33,035 bases of DNA from Fibrobacteria bacterium (lineage in GTDB: Bacteria > Fibrobacterota > Fibrobacteria > UBA11236): the NCBI GenBank assembly GCA_043732185.1, contig JAYTHY010000067.1, forward strand, positions 1 to 33,035, written 5' to 3'. Below, piece after piece: positions 8,146 through 18,500 of this stretch. Made by a program: the position numbers and the translations under genes. Position 1 is the stretch's first letter, and each line of letters opens with the position of its first letter. Under the pieces are notes generated by a model. It was not told the origin of the DNA, searched no databases, and worked only from the letters and a program-made list of their open reading frames with translations.

Positions 8146-10608
8146 CTAGAACTCTGCTGAACACCCCAAGAAAAACACGGGGAACGGCCAATTCAATTGC
8201 GCCGATTTCAATTGTCCAGTAGCATTATCTCTGCCAAAATAGTTTGGACTGTTCATGGAATTCCAAACTTCCAAATACGATTTGAATTCACCACCATGCC
8301 AATGGGCATTCCGTGTCAAGCGTAAGTCCAGGCGGCTGTAAGGCGTCAGCCGCCCCTGATTTCGCCCGCCCACTACAATTGGTGCAAAGGATCCGCGACC
8401 ATTTCCATCACTGGAGTAGGGAGTATACGGTTGACCTAGTGCGTAACGATAGGTGAAGCTGATCTCATAGGCTCCGGGTATGTCAAAATAATTGACCCAA
8501 TTGATTACCAAGGGTCGATGGTAACGGTAGGCATATTCTGCGCGCTCTTCCCCATCTTTGCGCTGGGACACACTCATGTCCAGAGACAGCCAGCCGCTCC
8601 AGACCAAGGTGGGTGTATAAAAGAAAGCGAGTTCGCTACCCAAGCTATGGCCGGTTCCAGTATTGGCATAGGCAAATTCCAATCCACCAAAATTTTGGTA
8701 GGCGAGATTCTGAACGGAATCCGGCAATTGGGAAAAGTCTGAAACGGAATCCAAGGTGGACTTCAAAGTGGTTAATTCTGACTCCGTTAGCGAAGAGCCA
8801 GGCAGCGGCAGGAGAAATCCTTTTTGATCCAGAGTATGATTGGACACCAGCGATGCAGTGACAATGTCGTAATAGCCCTTGTAGTATCCATCCCAAGTGA
8901 TCCGGTATCCCTTGGAAAACACGTGATTCCACTGCGTACCAGCCTGCAGGGATTTTTCCGAACGCAAAGCGGAATTTTGATCCCTTTCGTAATAGGGTAA
9001 GTTGTTCTGGGAATACAGGCCGGTGGTAAACCTTAAGACGTTCTTAGGATTCATTTCCCATTTATACTCTAACCGCGGGGCTAAAAACAATTCCCCAGAG
9101 GTATTCTGGTACTCGGCCCTCAGTCCATAGTTTAACCATCCCGTAGACGTGTGGAAGGCATGGGAAAAAAAGGCACTGCCGAAATGTTCTTCGCTTATCC
9201 CTTTATGGTTGAATTGAATCCTCGAAGGGAATTCGCCGAGATAATCAAAATTTGTCCTAGAACTGTCTTCCTTTGCCATGGTGAAACCGTTATCGGAAAA
9301 GAATCCCAAGGGCGCCAACATATCCATATTCCCATTGACGATCACGTCGTATAGGACAAAAGGAAGGTGCATGGTATAGTTCTGACGGGAATAATCATAC
9401 GCGCCGCCAAACACAAAACGGTTGTTCTCATCCAGCTTATAGGTATCTGATAAACGGTAATTGAAAGACTGCATGGAAAGGTCAAGAGACAACGGCTCCA
9501 TGCTGCTCGTGCCTTTTTTAAAAGCCACCTTCCAATTCTGATATTGTATCCCGAAATTATTTTCAACCAGGTTTGCTTCCGTTGCATCCCATGCGACATT
9601 TAAAAAGTGCGTTTGATTATTGATGTCAACGGATGAAATACTGTCAATGGAAAGTTTTTGCGGCCGCGGGGGATCTTTACTGTACGTCACAGGCGGTACT
9701 GCAGCACTGGGATCTCCGAATTTTGGATTGATACGGGATAGAATATTGGTTTGCTTAGGCACAACTACAGCATACGCGTCACCGGAGTATCCTCCGATAT
9801 AATCCAATCGGACATTGTCCTTGGGAAGCCAGGCCGCACCCCCATGCATATCGGTAAAATCGGGCATGTTAATATGATCGCGATAGCCATTCATTTCGCC
9901 CTGGTAGGCACTGTCTTGTGACAGGCTTGAGCTCAAATCGAGTAGGCCGTGCAGCGTTCGATTGAATAAAAACGACTGGATATCACCGAAAACGCTAAAC
10001 CGATTAGCCACAATCGGCGCTTCCGCGTAGAGGTCACCGCGCACCAAGGATAGATTTGTGCGAAGATGCAACTTATCCGGGATGCGAGTGTCGGATTTCA
10101 ATTCGACCACTCCGGATAGTGCCCCAGGGAATTCCACGGGAAAATCGTCCCGGTACAAGCCCACCGCCTGAAGCGTGTTCAAGTTGAAAATCGAAAAGGT
10201 GCCGCCCACATGGTAAGGCTGAATCAATGGAATTCCATTTAGAACCACGCGCGTCTGGTCGGCATCCCCACCGCGGACAAAAGGCCGGATATTGACATCG
10301 TTTTGAACCGTCACACCTGGCGTAAAATCGATAGCTCGAATGGGATCATTCATGGCGCTGGGTATTTTCCGGATGAAATCGCTTTTGACTTCGGTGGGTT
10401 GCGCGCGATTATTTTCTTGAACTGCCTTGACCCGTAACTCAGGCATTTCCACGAAGAGGGAATCCACCTGCAATGCGGGATCGGCAGCGATCATCGACCA
10501 AGTGTTTTGCGGGAGGAGCAAGGGAAGAAATATTCCCACGGTTTCCACACCCAGCAGAACCAGCCGGAGACCCAGCAGAACCAACCAGAGAAGCTTATTG
10601 TCCTTCAT
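8146..10608 (-). CDS. TonB-dependent receptor
   Basis: Plug motifs DPIRAIDFTPGV, FVRGGDADQTRVVLNG, GALSGVVEL. Barrel end YSRLDLRL, LEVWNSMN and terminal Phe. ATG 10608 overlaps the upstream stop (ATGA). Confidence 0.9.
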   Translation of the reverse strand: MKDNKLLWLVLLGLRLVLLGVETVGIFLPLLLPQNTWSMIAADPALQVDSLFVEMPELRVKAVQENNRAQPTEVKSDFIRKIPSAMNDPIRAIDFTPGVTVQNDVNIRPFVRGGDADQTRVVLNGIPLIQPYHVGGTFSIFNLNTLQAVGLYRDDFPVEFPGALSGVVELKSDTRIPDKLHLRTNLSLVRGDLYAEAPIVANRFSVFGDIQSFLFNRTLHGLLDLSSSLSQDSAYQGEMNGYRDHINMPDFTDMHGGAAWLPKDNVRLDYIGGYSGDAYAVVVPKQTNILSRINPKFGDPSAAVPPVTYSKDPPRPQKLSIDSISSVDINNQTHFLNVAWDATEANLVENNFGIQYQNWKVAFKKGTSSMEPLSLDLSMQSFNYRLSDTYKLDENNRFVFGGAYDYSRQNYTMHLPFVLYDVIVNGNMDMLAPLGFFSDNGFTMAKEDSSRTNFDYLGEFPSRIQFNHKGISEEHFGSAFFSHAFHTSTGWLNYGLRAEYQNTSGELFLAPRLEYKWEMNPKNVLRFTTGLYSQNNLPYYERDQNSALRSEKSLQAGTQWNHVFSKGYRITWDGYYKGYYDIVTASLVSNHTLDQKGFLLPLPGSSLTESELTTLKSTLDSVSDFSQLPDSVQNLAYQNFGGLEFAYANTGTGHSLGSELAFFYTPTLVWSGWLSLDMSVSQRKDGEERAEYAYRYHRPLVINWVNYFDIPGAYEISFTYRYALGQPYTPYSSDGNGRGSFAPIVVGGRNQGRLTPYSRLDLRLTRNAHWHGGEFKSYLEVWNSMNSPNYFGRDNATGQLKSAQLNWPFPVFFLGCSAEF

Positions 10609-11363
10609 TGGAAATTCCATCCAAAACCTAGATTCACATTCCATTGAATCAGAGGAATATCTTCCCATCTAAACTTCTGACTGCCAATCGGGACCTGGGG
10701 CAGAGTGAAATTGAATTGGGGAATAATAAAATCTGGCACGACCCTCACAATCGGGAGTTTGAGAAAAATTCCCGTGCCAACCTGGGCAATAAATATTTGG
10801 TTATGCGGCAAGGCATGGGAAAAATCCTCGCGCATCACTTCATCGATTTGGGTCGCCAGCCACGTTGCCCTGAGGTTGCCAAAAAAAAGGGGGCGACCCC
10901 ACTGTTTGGATATGGCATATTCAGCAAATGCGGAATTATCCGCCCAGGCTCCGATTCCCCATCCCATGCCAATTTTATGGTGGATGGAAGGACCTGATGG
11001 CAAGGCCAAGTTTAGGGCGAACTCCATGGTGGCGGGATGCGTAGGTGCTTCCACATGCCATTGTAATTCGGCACCCGGGAAAGGCCCCCAGCTATTGCGC
11101 AGCCCAAGGCGATAATCGAAACTGCCCTGAGTAACTTGTGATTGAATCACCTTTTCGACTCCGGCGCCAGTTTCATTGCAAACCTTTTTCAACCCAGCGG
11201 AGTCTACAGTACCATTTTCACATTCCCAAATCGACTGTCGTCCAATGCCAAATGTTGCTTGGCTTTCTCCCGCTGGCAGTATGACACCGGTATTGAAATG
11301 GTGCACGGAATACAAACAACCGGTCAGGGATAGGGCGAACAAAATGCACACGAATCTGGTCAC
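10605..11363 (-). CDS. Predicted lipoprotein with beta-barrel-like C-terminus
   Basis: Lipobox LSLTG-C, amphipathic strands, C-terminus WNVNLGFGWNFQ. Translationally coupled to the TonB receptor. Confidence 0.7.
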   Translation of the reverse strand: MTRFVCILFALSLTGCLYSVHHFNTGVILPAGESQATFGIGRQSIWECENGTVDSAGLKKVCNETGAGVEKVIQSQVTQGSFDYRLGLRNSWGPFPGAELQWHVEAPTHPATMEFALNLALPSGPSIHHKIGMGWGIGAWADNSAFAEYAISKQWGRPLFFGNLRATWLATQIDEVMREDFSHALPHNQIFIAQVGTGIFLKLPIVRVVPDFIIPQFNFTLPQVPIGSQKFRWEDIPLIQWNVNLGFGWNFQ

Positions 11364-11548
11364 TGAAACCCCGGTAACCGGTCAAGTTTTGAATAGACCC
11401 CACTGAATGCCGTCTGGAAACAAAGAATCTACATCGGTAGACTTGAAAAGCAATTGGAATGCCAATAATCCAAGGAGATATTGCGAGTTAAACCTCGGTA
11501 ACGCCTACTAAAATGGTATTTTTAAACGGTCCCAACCTCGGAAGCATT

Positions 11549-13147
11549 ATGGCCAGAACACCTTTGTTAAGATTTTTACAAAAACACTTTCGATCGCATC
11601 CCGCAGTTTGCAATGCCGCCGAGGATTTTTCAGCGTCTACGCAAAACCTTATTTCACGCCGATCCTTTGTGGCCGGCAGCGGCGCGCTCCTCCTTGGCGC
11701 GGCCCTACCCAAGTCCATTTTGGCAGTCAAAAAGGAAAAACGCATCGCCATTGTCGGCGGTGGAATATCGGGATTGAGCTGTGCGCTTAAGCTGGCCGAC
11801 CATGGAGTCAAGGCTACCGTCTATGAAGCCTCCCCACGCTTGGGTGGCCGCATGTTCAGCAATACAGGCTATTGGAACGAGGATCAGATTAGCGAATGGT
11901 GCGGCGAGCTAATCGACACTGGCCATAAAACCATACAGAAACTAGCCGGCCGCTTTAATTTGAAATTAGACAATTTGATTGAAGCCGAGCCCAAAGGTTC
12001 GGAAGGAACATTTTACTTTGATGGCCAATATTACCCTAAAGCCCAATTTCTGCTGGATGTCGAACCCGTTATCGGCCGAGTGCTTGCCGATTTAAAAGAC
12101 AGCGATTTTCCCACCACTTACGAAAAGTCTACGCCAGGTGGAAGGGATTTGGATAAAATCAGTGTGTACGACTGGATTGAATCGCGGGTATCCGGCGGGC
12201 ATGCTTCCCCGCTAGGCCAACTCCTGGATACGGCTTACGCGATCGAATACGGTGCGGACACAACCGATCAGTCGGCATTAAACCTTATTTATTTACTGGG
12301 ATACCAGCCGCCGCACGGCGAAACCGCCCTGTTTGGGGTTTCGGATGAGACCTACCATATTCGCGGCGGCAATGAAGAATTGCCCCGTGCCATTGCCAAA
12401 GAGTTGGGTCCGGACCGATTTGTCCTAGGGCGACAGCTGGTCAGTCTGGAAAAATTGACGCATGAAGGCCTGCGCCTTACTTTCAAAACAAGTTCAGGCG
12501 GCACAGAAGAAGTCGTAGCGGATTGCGTAGTGTTGGCCCTACCGTTCTCTGTATTAAGAGACATCGATATCAGCAACGCGGGATTTGACACCTTAAAGCT
12601 GAAGGCCATCCAGGAACTTGGCCGTGGACGCAATGGAAAAACCCAATTGCAGTTTCAACAAAGAACCTGGAATCAAGTCGGAACGTGGCCCGGTATCGGC
12701 AATGGTGATACGTATAGCGACACGGGCTACCAGTCCAGCTGGGAAGTAACACGGGCTCAAAAAGGCGTAAGCGGCATCCTAAATTTCTTTTCAGGCGGTA
12801 GCGTAACGGAAAAAATGGAAACCACCCAGCCATTTACGTCCAGTGGAAATCCCCAGGCTCAGAAGGATGCCAAGGCGGCACTTGCTGCGGGTGAAGTTGT
12901 GTTTCCCACACTCACGCGTCAGTGGAATGGAAAGCTAACCCAGTCGATACCCCACTTAAGCCCCTTCATGCGGGCGTCCTATGCCTATTATCGCGTCGGT
13001 CAATACTCGTCTTTCGGCGGATATGAAGGTGCTGCCCAAGGTCAAGTTTTCTTTGCCGGGGACCATTGCTCACAAGATTTTCAGGGTTATATGGAAGGTG
13101 CAGCTTCAGAAGGTGAACGTGCTGCGGATGAAGTATTAAAGCATTGA
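11549..13147 (+). CDS. FAD-dependent (flavin) amine oxidase / monoamine oxidase family protein with twin-arginine-like motif
   Basis: IAIVGGGISGL, EASPRLGGR, WCGELID, FFAGDHCS and GYMEGAASEG. SRRSFV followed by a hydrophobic stretch. Start taken at MARTPLL. Confidence 0.88.
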   Translation: MARTPLLRFLQKHFRSHPAVCNAAEDFSASTQNLISRRSFVAGSGALLLGAALPKSILAVKKEKRIAIVGGGISGLSCALKLADHGVKATVYEASPRLGGRMFSNTGYWNEDQISEWCGELIDTGHKTIQKLAGRFNLKLDNLIEAEPKGSEGTFYFDGQYYPKAQFLLDVEPVIGRVLADLKDSDFPTTYEKSTPGGRDLDKISVYDWIESRVSGGHASPLGQLLDTAYAIEYGADTTDQSALNLIYLLGYQPPHGETALFGVSDETYHIRGGNEELPRAIAKELGPDRFVLGRQLVSLEKLTHEGLRLTFKTSSGGTEEVVADCVVLALPFSVLRDIDISNAGFDTLKLKAIQELGRGRNGKTQLQFQQRTWNQVGTWPGIGNGDTYSDTGYQSSWEVTRAQKGVSGILNFFSGGSVTEKMETTQPFTSSGNPQAQKDAKAALAAGEVVFPTLTRQWNGKLTQSIPHLSPFMRASYAYYRVGQYSSFGGYEGAAQGQVFFAGDHCSQDFQGYMEGAASEGERAADEVLKH

Positions 13148-13378
13148 AATCGGGATGCCCGGGGTTGGGTTGTTTTAGAAAAAGCACCCATAATCGAATT
13201 GGATAAATTAATAGGCATTTATGCCTAACGGGATAGCCGATTTGGCCTATTTTAGAGAGGTCAGGGGCAATCCCGTTGGATAACCAAATGGTTGGGTTTT
13301 TCCGAAATCTAAGTCCAACCGGATACGGCTTTGTGGTTAATTTCCGCCTTGACCATTTGAATTTCAGAAAGGTTTCTC

Positions 13379-16300
13379 GTGCGAAAATTGCAAATTCCTT
13401 TTTTCTTTCTAATGGCCACTTTTTTTGGAATGGCCCATGCACAATATACGAGTTGGTCACACATGGACTCGCTTTTCATTCTTACGACACCTGAAGGGGC
13501 CAACATTCCCGCCGGAGTAGTGGAAACTGGCTTTCCGCTGCTGGTGCGTTTGGATAAAGATTTTTTCACTTTCGCTGACGCCAAAGCCAACGGAGACGAC
13601 ATCCGTTTTTCCACTCCATCTGGCATCGCTCTACCCTATCAAATTGAAGAATGGGATGGGGTCAACGGCAAGGCTTCCATTTGGGTGCGTATTCCAACCG
13701 TCAATGGAAATGCACGGCAAGCCATTCGAATGTATTGGGGAAATGCGGGCGCCCTAAGCGAGTCCAATGGAAAAACGGTATTTACCACCGCCACTGGATT
13801 TTTAAGCGTACTCCACCTAAGCGACCCAGCCAACCCAGCTAAAGATGAAGTGGGCACTTTGACTCCGGTCAATAACGGTACCACAAACACGGCTGGTGCC
13901 GTTGGCAACGGCCGTAATTTTGCAGCTAAGCAAGGCATTAAATGTGGAACCAACATCGCCGCATATCCAAGTGGCCCCAGCCCCCACTCAACGGAAGGCT
14001 GGTTCAGAGCCAAACAAACGGGAAATTCCACCATGATAGGTTGGGGCAAAGAGGGCGGTTCCGCTGGTAAAATTCGCATGATGTGGATGAGCCCTTCTTA
14101 CATTCGCATTGACAGCGATGGCGGCAGCTTTGACAGTGGTAATAAAGCCGTCCCAACCAATCAATGGGTGCATGTTGTCGAGACCTATAAAAGTGGTGAT
14201 GCCCGCCTTTACATTAACGGAAAACTCGATGGGCAGACCACGACTACGATGAATATTGTGGCTCCGGTGGTTGGCTTTTGGATTGGCGGTTGGCTCGATG
14301 GGTATGACTATGTAGGAGATATCGATGAAGTACGCATTTCCAATGTGTCTCGTTCTGCAGACTGGGTCAAAATGGAATATGAAAACCAAAACCCGCTGCA
14401 ATCCTTAGCCGGCCTTCTCGTTCCCGCTGGAACAACCTTCTCCGTACCACAAACCACGGTGTCGGTTTTGGAAGGCCACAGCATTTCCCTGACCGGCAAT
14501 GCCGGTGGCGCGCAAAAAATCTATTGGATTCTTAAGGAAGGTGCCAAGGAAACGATACTCGCCGTGGATCGCCTCAGCCTGGCCTATATGGCAGAACGCG
14601 TGACGGCAGATAAAACCGTAATACTTCAGTTTAAGGCCGTCTATCCCACTGAAGTCAAAACCCAAGATATTACCCTGACCATCAAGGAAGATATGCCGGA
14701 CCCTCTTTTCACACTAACCGCACCCGCAACCTGGAATGGGCGTGATGCCATTTCCTTAACTCCCGTCATCACCAATCAAGCGGAAATGACTGCCAAGGGC
14801 GTTGGCGCACTGACCTATACATGGGACATCGCCAACATAGCTGTGATAAAAGATGTGACTCCGGGCAAGCTCACGCTCAAGCGCGCACAAAAAAGCGGTA
14901 AAATGACCGTGTACCTGTCCATCAGCAATGGCGGATCGACAACCGTACATTCTGTGGACATCACCGTCACGCAACCCGCCACTGACCCCTGGCTCGTTCG
15001 AACGCCAGCCGCAGACGAGAAAGCCGAGAACAGTCAATTCTATGCGCGGGATCCGAATAACGTTTGCACCACCATATACAATGGAACCTTGGCCAATGCT
15101 GCCGATTCCGTTTTCGTCAAAATATATTCTGGAACAACCCTGCAAAAAAGAGAAGCCCATGCTTTGGCTACCAGCAGGACGTATGCCTTTTCCCCCACCT
15201 TGGCCCCAGCCTTAACGGAGTACAAGTTGGAATTCGGATCCAAAACCGGAGCTACTGAATCCCTTGTGAGTACGGTAACAAATCTTGTTTGTGGCGATGC
15301 CTATATTGTGGAAGGGCAGTCCAATGCAGAAGCCACCCAGTTCGGCACAGACGACAATCCAGCCACGAGTGAATACATTCGCACCTATGGCAGCATGGGA
15401 GACAACCCGGGATCAGGTTGGCATAATGCCGCTCATTTGGGAACAGGCCAGGTCGGCTATTGGGGCATGGAAGTCGCTCGTATTTTGATGACGAAATACA
15501 GTATTCCCATTTGCATCATTAATGGCGCCGTCGGCGGTACGCGCATTGATTTGCATCAGCGCAATGACGCCAACCAGACGGATGTGAACACTATTTACGG
15601 GCGCCTACTTTCCCGCATCCAGGGCGCAAAACTGACCCATGGCATTAAAGCCGTAATGTGGCATCAAGGTGAAAATGACCAAGGAAGCGAAGCGCCCACT
15701 GGCCGTATGGATTGGGAAACCTACCAGCCCTACTTTTTTGAAATGTCTGCGGATTGGAAGGAAAACTTTCCAAACATCCAGCATTACTACCTGTTCCAAA
15801 TTTGGCCCGCGGCCTGCGGGGGGATGACTGGTGGTTCGGAAAGCATACTTCGCGAAATGCAGAGAAGCCTTCCATCCTTCTATTCCAATATGGACATCAT
15901 GTCCACCTTAGGCGTGCGGCCGGGTAGCAGTTGTCATTATTCGGCTGCCGGTTATCAAGATTTTGCTCGTCTCCTCACTCCTCTGCTGGAAAGAGATTTC
16001 TATGGCAAGACTTTTACCACCTCAATAACTGCCTCTAACGTGGTCAAGACCTATTTCACCTCTTCTGCGAAGAACGAAATTGCCGTGGAGTTTGATCAAC
16101 CCGTAACATGGAATACTAGCCTTGCCTCACAATTTTACTTGGATGGTGCAAGTGGAAAGATTTCTGGCGGAACAACTACGGGAAATATTTTAACACTGAG
16201 TTTAAATGCAGCCTCTACGGCCACTAAAATCACGTACTTGGATAGCCGGTCCTGGTCAGAAACAAATATTCTGTACGGTGCCAATAACATCGCTGCACTT

Positions 16301-16621
16301 ACCTTTTGGAATGTACCGGTGTATCCGGATAAGAATACTGTGCCGAATTTTTCCAAACCTAAGCTGGGGCATGCTAACGAGGATATTTCCGCTAGGATTA
16401 AGAACGGTTCCTTACTGCTTTCCTTGGGCCGGCTGTATGGGCAAAGCTTGGATATCGAAATTGTGAATCTTCAGGGTCAAACCTTGCTAAAAAATAATGT
16501 TAAATCAGGATACACGTCAGTAGTGCAATTAGCCGTTCCGCAATTGAAGCAGGGAGTCTATATTATAAAGGTATCCCATCAGGGTCAATTGGACTTAATG
16601 CGTAAGCTAACGGCATTCTAG
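13379..16621 (+). CDS. Secreted multidomain protein: DUF2341 + LamG/ConA-like + SGNH (SASA/sialate O-acetylesterase-like) esterase + T9SS-like CTD
   Basis: FPLLVRL/NGDDIRF/LPYQIEEWD (DUF2341). WVHVV/LYINGKL/GDIDEVRISN (LamG). GQSNA, GGTRI, WHQGEND and CH (SGNH). Tail NLQGQ...QGVYIIKV. Confidence 0.85.
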   Translation: MRKLQIPFFFLMATFFGMAHAQYTSWSHMDSLFILTTPEGANIPAGVVETGFPLLVRLDKDFFTFADAKANGDDIRFSTPSGIALPYQIEEWDGVNGKASIWVRIPTVNGNARQAIRMYWGNAGALSESNGKTVFTTATGFLSVLHLSDPANPAKDEVGTLTPVNNGTTNTAGAVGNGRNFAAKQGIKCGTNIAAYPSGPSPHSTEGWFRAKQTGNSTMIGWGKEGGSAGKIRMMWMSPSYIRIDSDGGSFDSGNKAVPTNQWVHVVETYKSGDARLYINGKLDGQTTTTMNIVAPVVGFWIGGWLDGYDYVGDIDEVRISNVSRSADWVKMEYENQNPLQSLAGLLVPAGTTFSVPQTTVSVLEGHSISLTGNAGGAQKIYWILKEGAKETILAVDRLSLAYMAERVTADKTVILQFKAVYPTEVKTQDITLTIKEDMPDPLFTLTAPATWNGRDAISLTPVITNQAEMTAKGVGALTYTWDIANIAVIKDVTPGKLTLKRAQKSGKMTVYLSISNGGSTTVHSVDITVTQPATDPWLVRTPAADEKAENSQFYARDPNNVCTTIYNGTLANAADSVFVKIYSGTTLQKREAHALATSRTYAFSPTLAPALTEYKLEFGSKTGATESLVSTVTNLVCGDAYIVEGQSNAEATQFGTDDNPATSEYIRTYGSMGDNPGSGWHNAAHLGTGQVGYWGMEVARILMTKYSIPICIINGAVGGTRIDLHQRNDANQTDVNTIYGRLLSRIQGAKLTHGIKAVMWHQGENDQGSEAPTGRMDWETYQPYFFEMSADWKENFPNIQHYYLFQIWPAACGGMTGGSESILREMQRSLPSFYSNMDIMSTLGVRPGSSCHYSAAGYQDFARLLTPLLERDFYGKTFTTSITASNVVKTYFTSSAKNEIAVEFDQPVTWNTSLASQFYLDGASGKISGGTTTGNILTLSLNAASTATKITYLDSRSWSETNILYGANNIAALTFWNVPVYPDKNTVPNFSKPKLGHANEDISARIKNGSLLLSLGRLYGQSLDIEIVNLQGQTLLKNNVKSGYTSVVQLAVPQLKQGVYIIKVSHQGQLDLMRKLTAF

Positions 16622-16645
16622 GAATAAGCATTGGAGAAGGAATAT

Positions 16646-17716
16646 ATGGTTAAGCGATTGCATCGACAAAAACCCATTCTAACCTTAGCGGCTAACCTGC
16701 TGTTCCCGATTCTGGCTGCAGCCGGTCCTGCGGATACAGCGTGGGTGGATTTATTCAATGGTAAAAATTTTGCGGGTCTTTATGTTTTCAATTATAACGG
16801 TGGAAACGTGATCTATGATTCTTCCTTGGCGGGAAACGCCCTTTTTAAACCTGATTCCGCGAGTAAAGAAATACGTGTTGTCTCTTCCGGTGGGCAAAGA
16901 GGACATGTTGCGACCAAGAAAGATTATTCCTATTACAGGATGAAGGTCGATTGGAAAATTAATGGTGGAAATTGCGGCGTCATGTATCATCTCCGCGAAG
17001 ATTTGGCCATTGCCAATCCACTGACCCGATTATACGATGTATTTCCCCCATCCATTGAGGCTCAAGGAGAAACCGGAAACGGCGGAGACTGCTGGGTCAT
17101 CAGCAATGTTTGGATGAATACCAAGGCTACCAATGGCAAATACAGTGCAACTGGCACTCCCATTACTTTCGGCGGAGTCAACGCAGGTGGACGAAACATT
17201 TCAGCAGATGTCCATTGGGATTTGTACGGAACAGCAAATACGAATGGCGGTTGGAACACTGAAGAAATCATCATTTACGGCGCGGACTCGGTAGTCCATA
17301 TCGTCAACGGACACGCCAATTTCAGAGGCAGTAACATCCTGTATACCCCTGGTAATGCTCCCACATCTCCCAATCCTCCCAGCCCACCTTATACTAAAAT
17401 CCCTTTTGATCATGGCCGCTTGTCTCTACAAGCTGAAATGGCACCAGTTGCGTACCGTAACTGGAAGGTAGCAGAGCTCATCGGCTGCACGGATCCGAAA
17501 GCGGACAACTATAAATCCTATTTTGTTAAAAGCCGTTCTACGGATTGCATTTTCACTACGTCGATTGCCACCCAAAAAAAATCCAACTTGAACAGGACGA
17601 AATCCGGTAAAAATTGGAAGAGCCTTTCCACCGGCAAAAGCGGGAACAGAACCCTTTCCGGCCGCCTATTAAATCCAGTGTCGAATGAACCCATACGTAA
17701 GTTGAGGAACCCATGA
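16646..17716 (+). CDS. Secreted DUF1080 (3-keto-disaccharide hydrolase family) protein
   Basis: WVDLFNGKNFAG, NCGVMYH, SIEAQ, WNTEEI, HIVNG and GRLSLQAE...YRNWKV. Start ATG 16646 after AAGGA. Confidence 0.85.
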   Translation: MVKRLHRQKPILTLAANLLFPILAAAGPADTAWVDLFNGKNFAGLYVFNYNGGNVIYDSSLAGNALFKPDSASKEIRVVSSGGQRGHVATKKDYSYYRMKVDWKINGGNCGVMYHLREDLAIANPLTRLYDVFPPSIEAQGETGNGGDCWVISNVWMNTKATNGKYSATGTPITFGGVNAGGRNISADVHWDLYGTANTNGGWNTEEIIIYGADSVVHIVNGHANFRGSNILYTPGNAPTSPNPPSPPYTKIPFDHGRLSLQAEMAPVAYRNWKVAELIGCTDPKADNYKSYFVKSRSTDCIFTTSIATQKKSNLNRTKSGKNWKSLSTGKSGNRTLSGRLLNPVSNEPIRKLRNP

Positions 17717-18495
17717 AAAAAATCTTAGCTCTCATTTTCTGCCTTGCGGCGGACGGTGTCTTTGCCGCACGCCCCCATGATCCCTTTATCCTACGGGTTG
17801 TTTTTAGAAATAAACCGCGCATGGTTCTTTTAGCACTGGACCCGATGCTTTCTGTTGGCTATGACAGCCCCACCTGCGGTCTGTATATTGCTTGGAAAGG
17901 TGGCGTTCAACCCACCGTAGATTCCTACAATCATCAGGCACATGGAAACCACGGTGCCACCTACTATCCTAAAGGCAATGCTGAGGGCACGCTTTATCCG
18001 AATAATAAAATCGTCTTTAAAATGACCCCTGGTGGCGAGGTTTCAGAAACCGATCCTCCGGATACGCGAGGAAACACTCATGTAAGCGTGAATGATGCTC
18101 TAGTGCCTGTCTGGTCCGCTTCACAGGGCGGACAGCCCGTGGTTCTAAAACCGGACTACCGAGGATATACGGTGAACAATACCCTGCAAACGGCAACACT
18201 CCGCTACAATTTGAATCTGCCAAGTGGTGCGCCCATACAGGTCACGGAGCTGCCGGATTCTAAAGTCAACGGAACTTTCGTTGATTTAACTCGCGTCTTT
18301 ACCGTGGCGGGCCTCCCTGCCGGTACAAAACTTTCCTTGTTGTTGAGCAGTAATCCTATTCGGAAAGCCGATGCCTCCTTGGTTGTCGAAACCTGGACGG
18401 CAACTGGGCTGGGAAGAGTTGAAACTGTATCGGGAAAAACTTATTTCGTGGCTGAAGCCAACGGCAGCACCACAGTCACAGGATCGTGGAGGTAA
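17713..18495 (+). CDS. Secreted hypothetical protein, resembling the N-terminal domain of large Bacteroidota DUF1080/propeller proteins
   Basis: Signal peptide. RPHDPFILRVVF..KPRMVLLAL....VGYD..TCGLYIAWKGGV and YRGY motifs. ATGA overlap with the upstream gene. Confidence 0.65.
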   Translation: MKKILALIFCLAADGVFAARPHDPFILRVVFRNKPRMVLLALDPMLSVGYDSPTCGLYIAWKGGVQPTVDSYNHQAHGNHGATYYPKGNAEGTLYPNNKIVFKMTPGGEVSETDPPDTRGNTHVSVNDALVPVWSASQGGQPVVLKPDYRGYTVNNTLQTATLRYNLNLPSGAPIQVTELPDSKVNGTFVDLTRVFTVAGLPAGTKLSLLLSSNPIRKADASLVVETWTATGLGRVETVSGKTYFVAEANGSTTVTGSWR

Positions 18496-18500
18496 TGACA

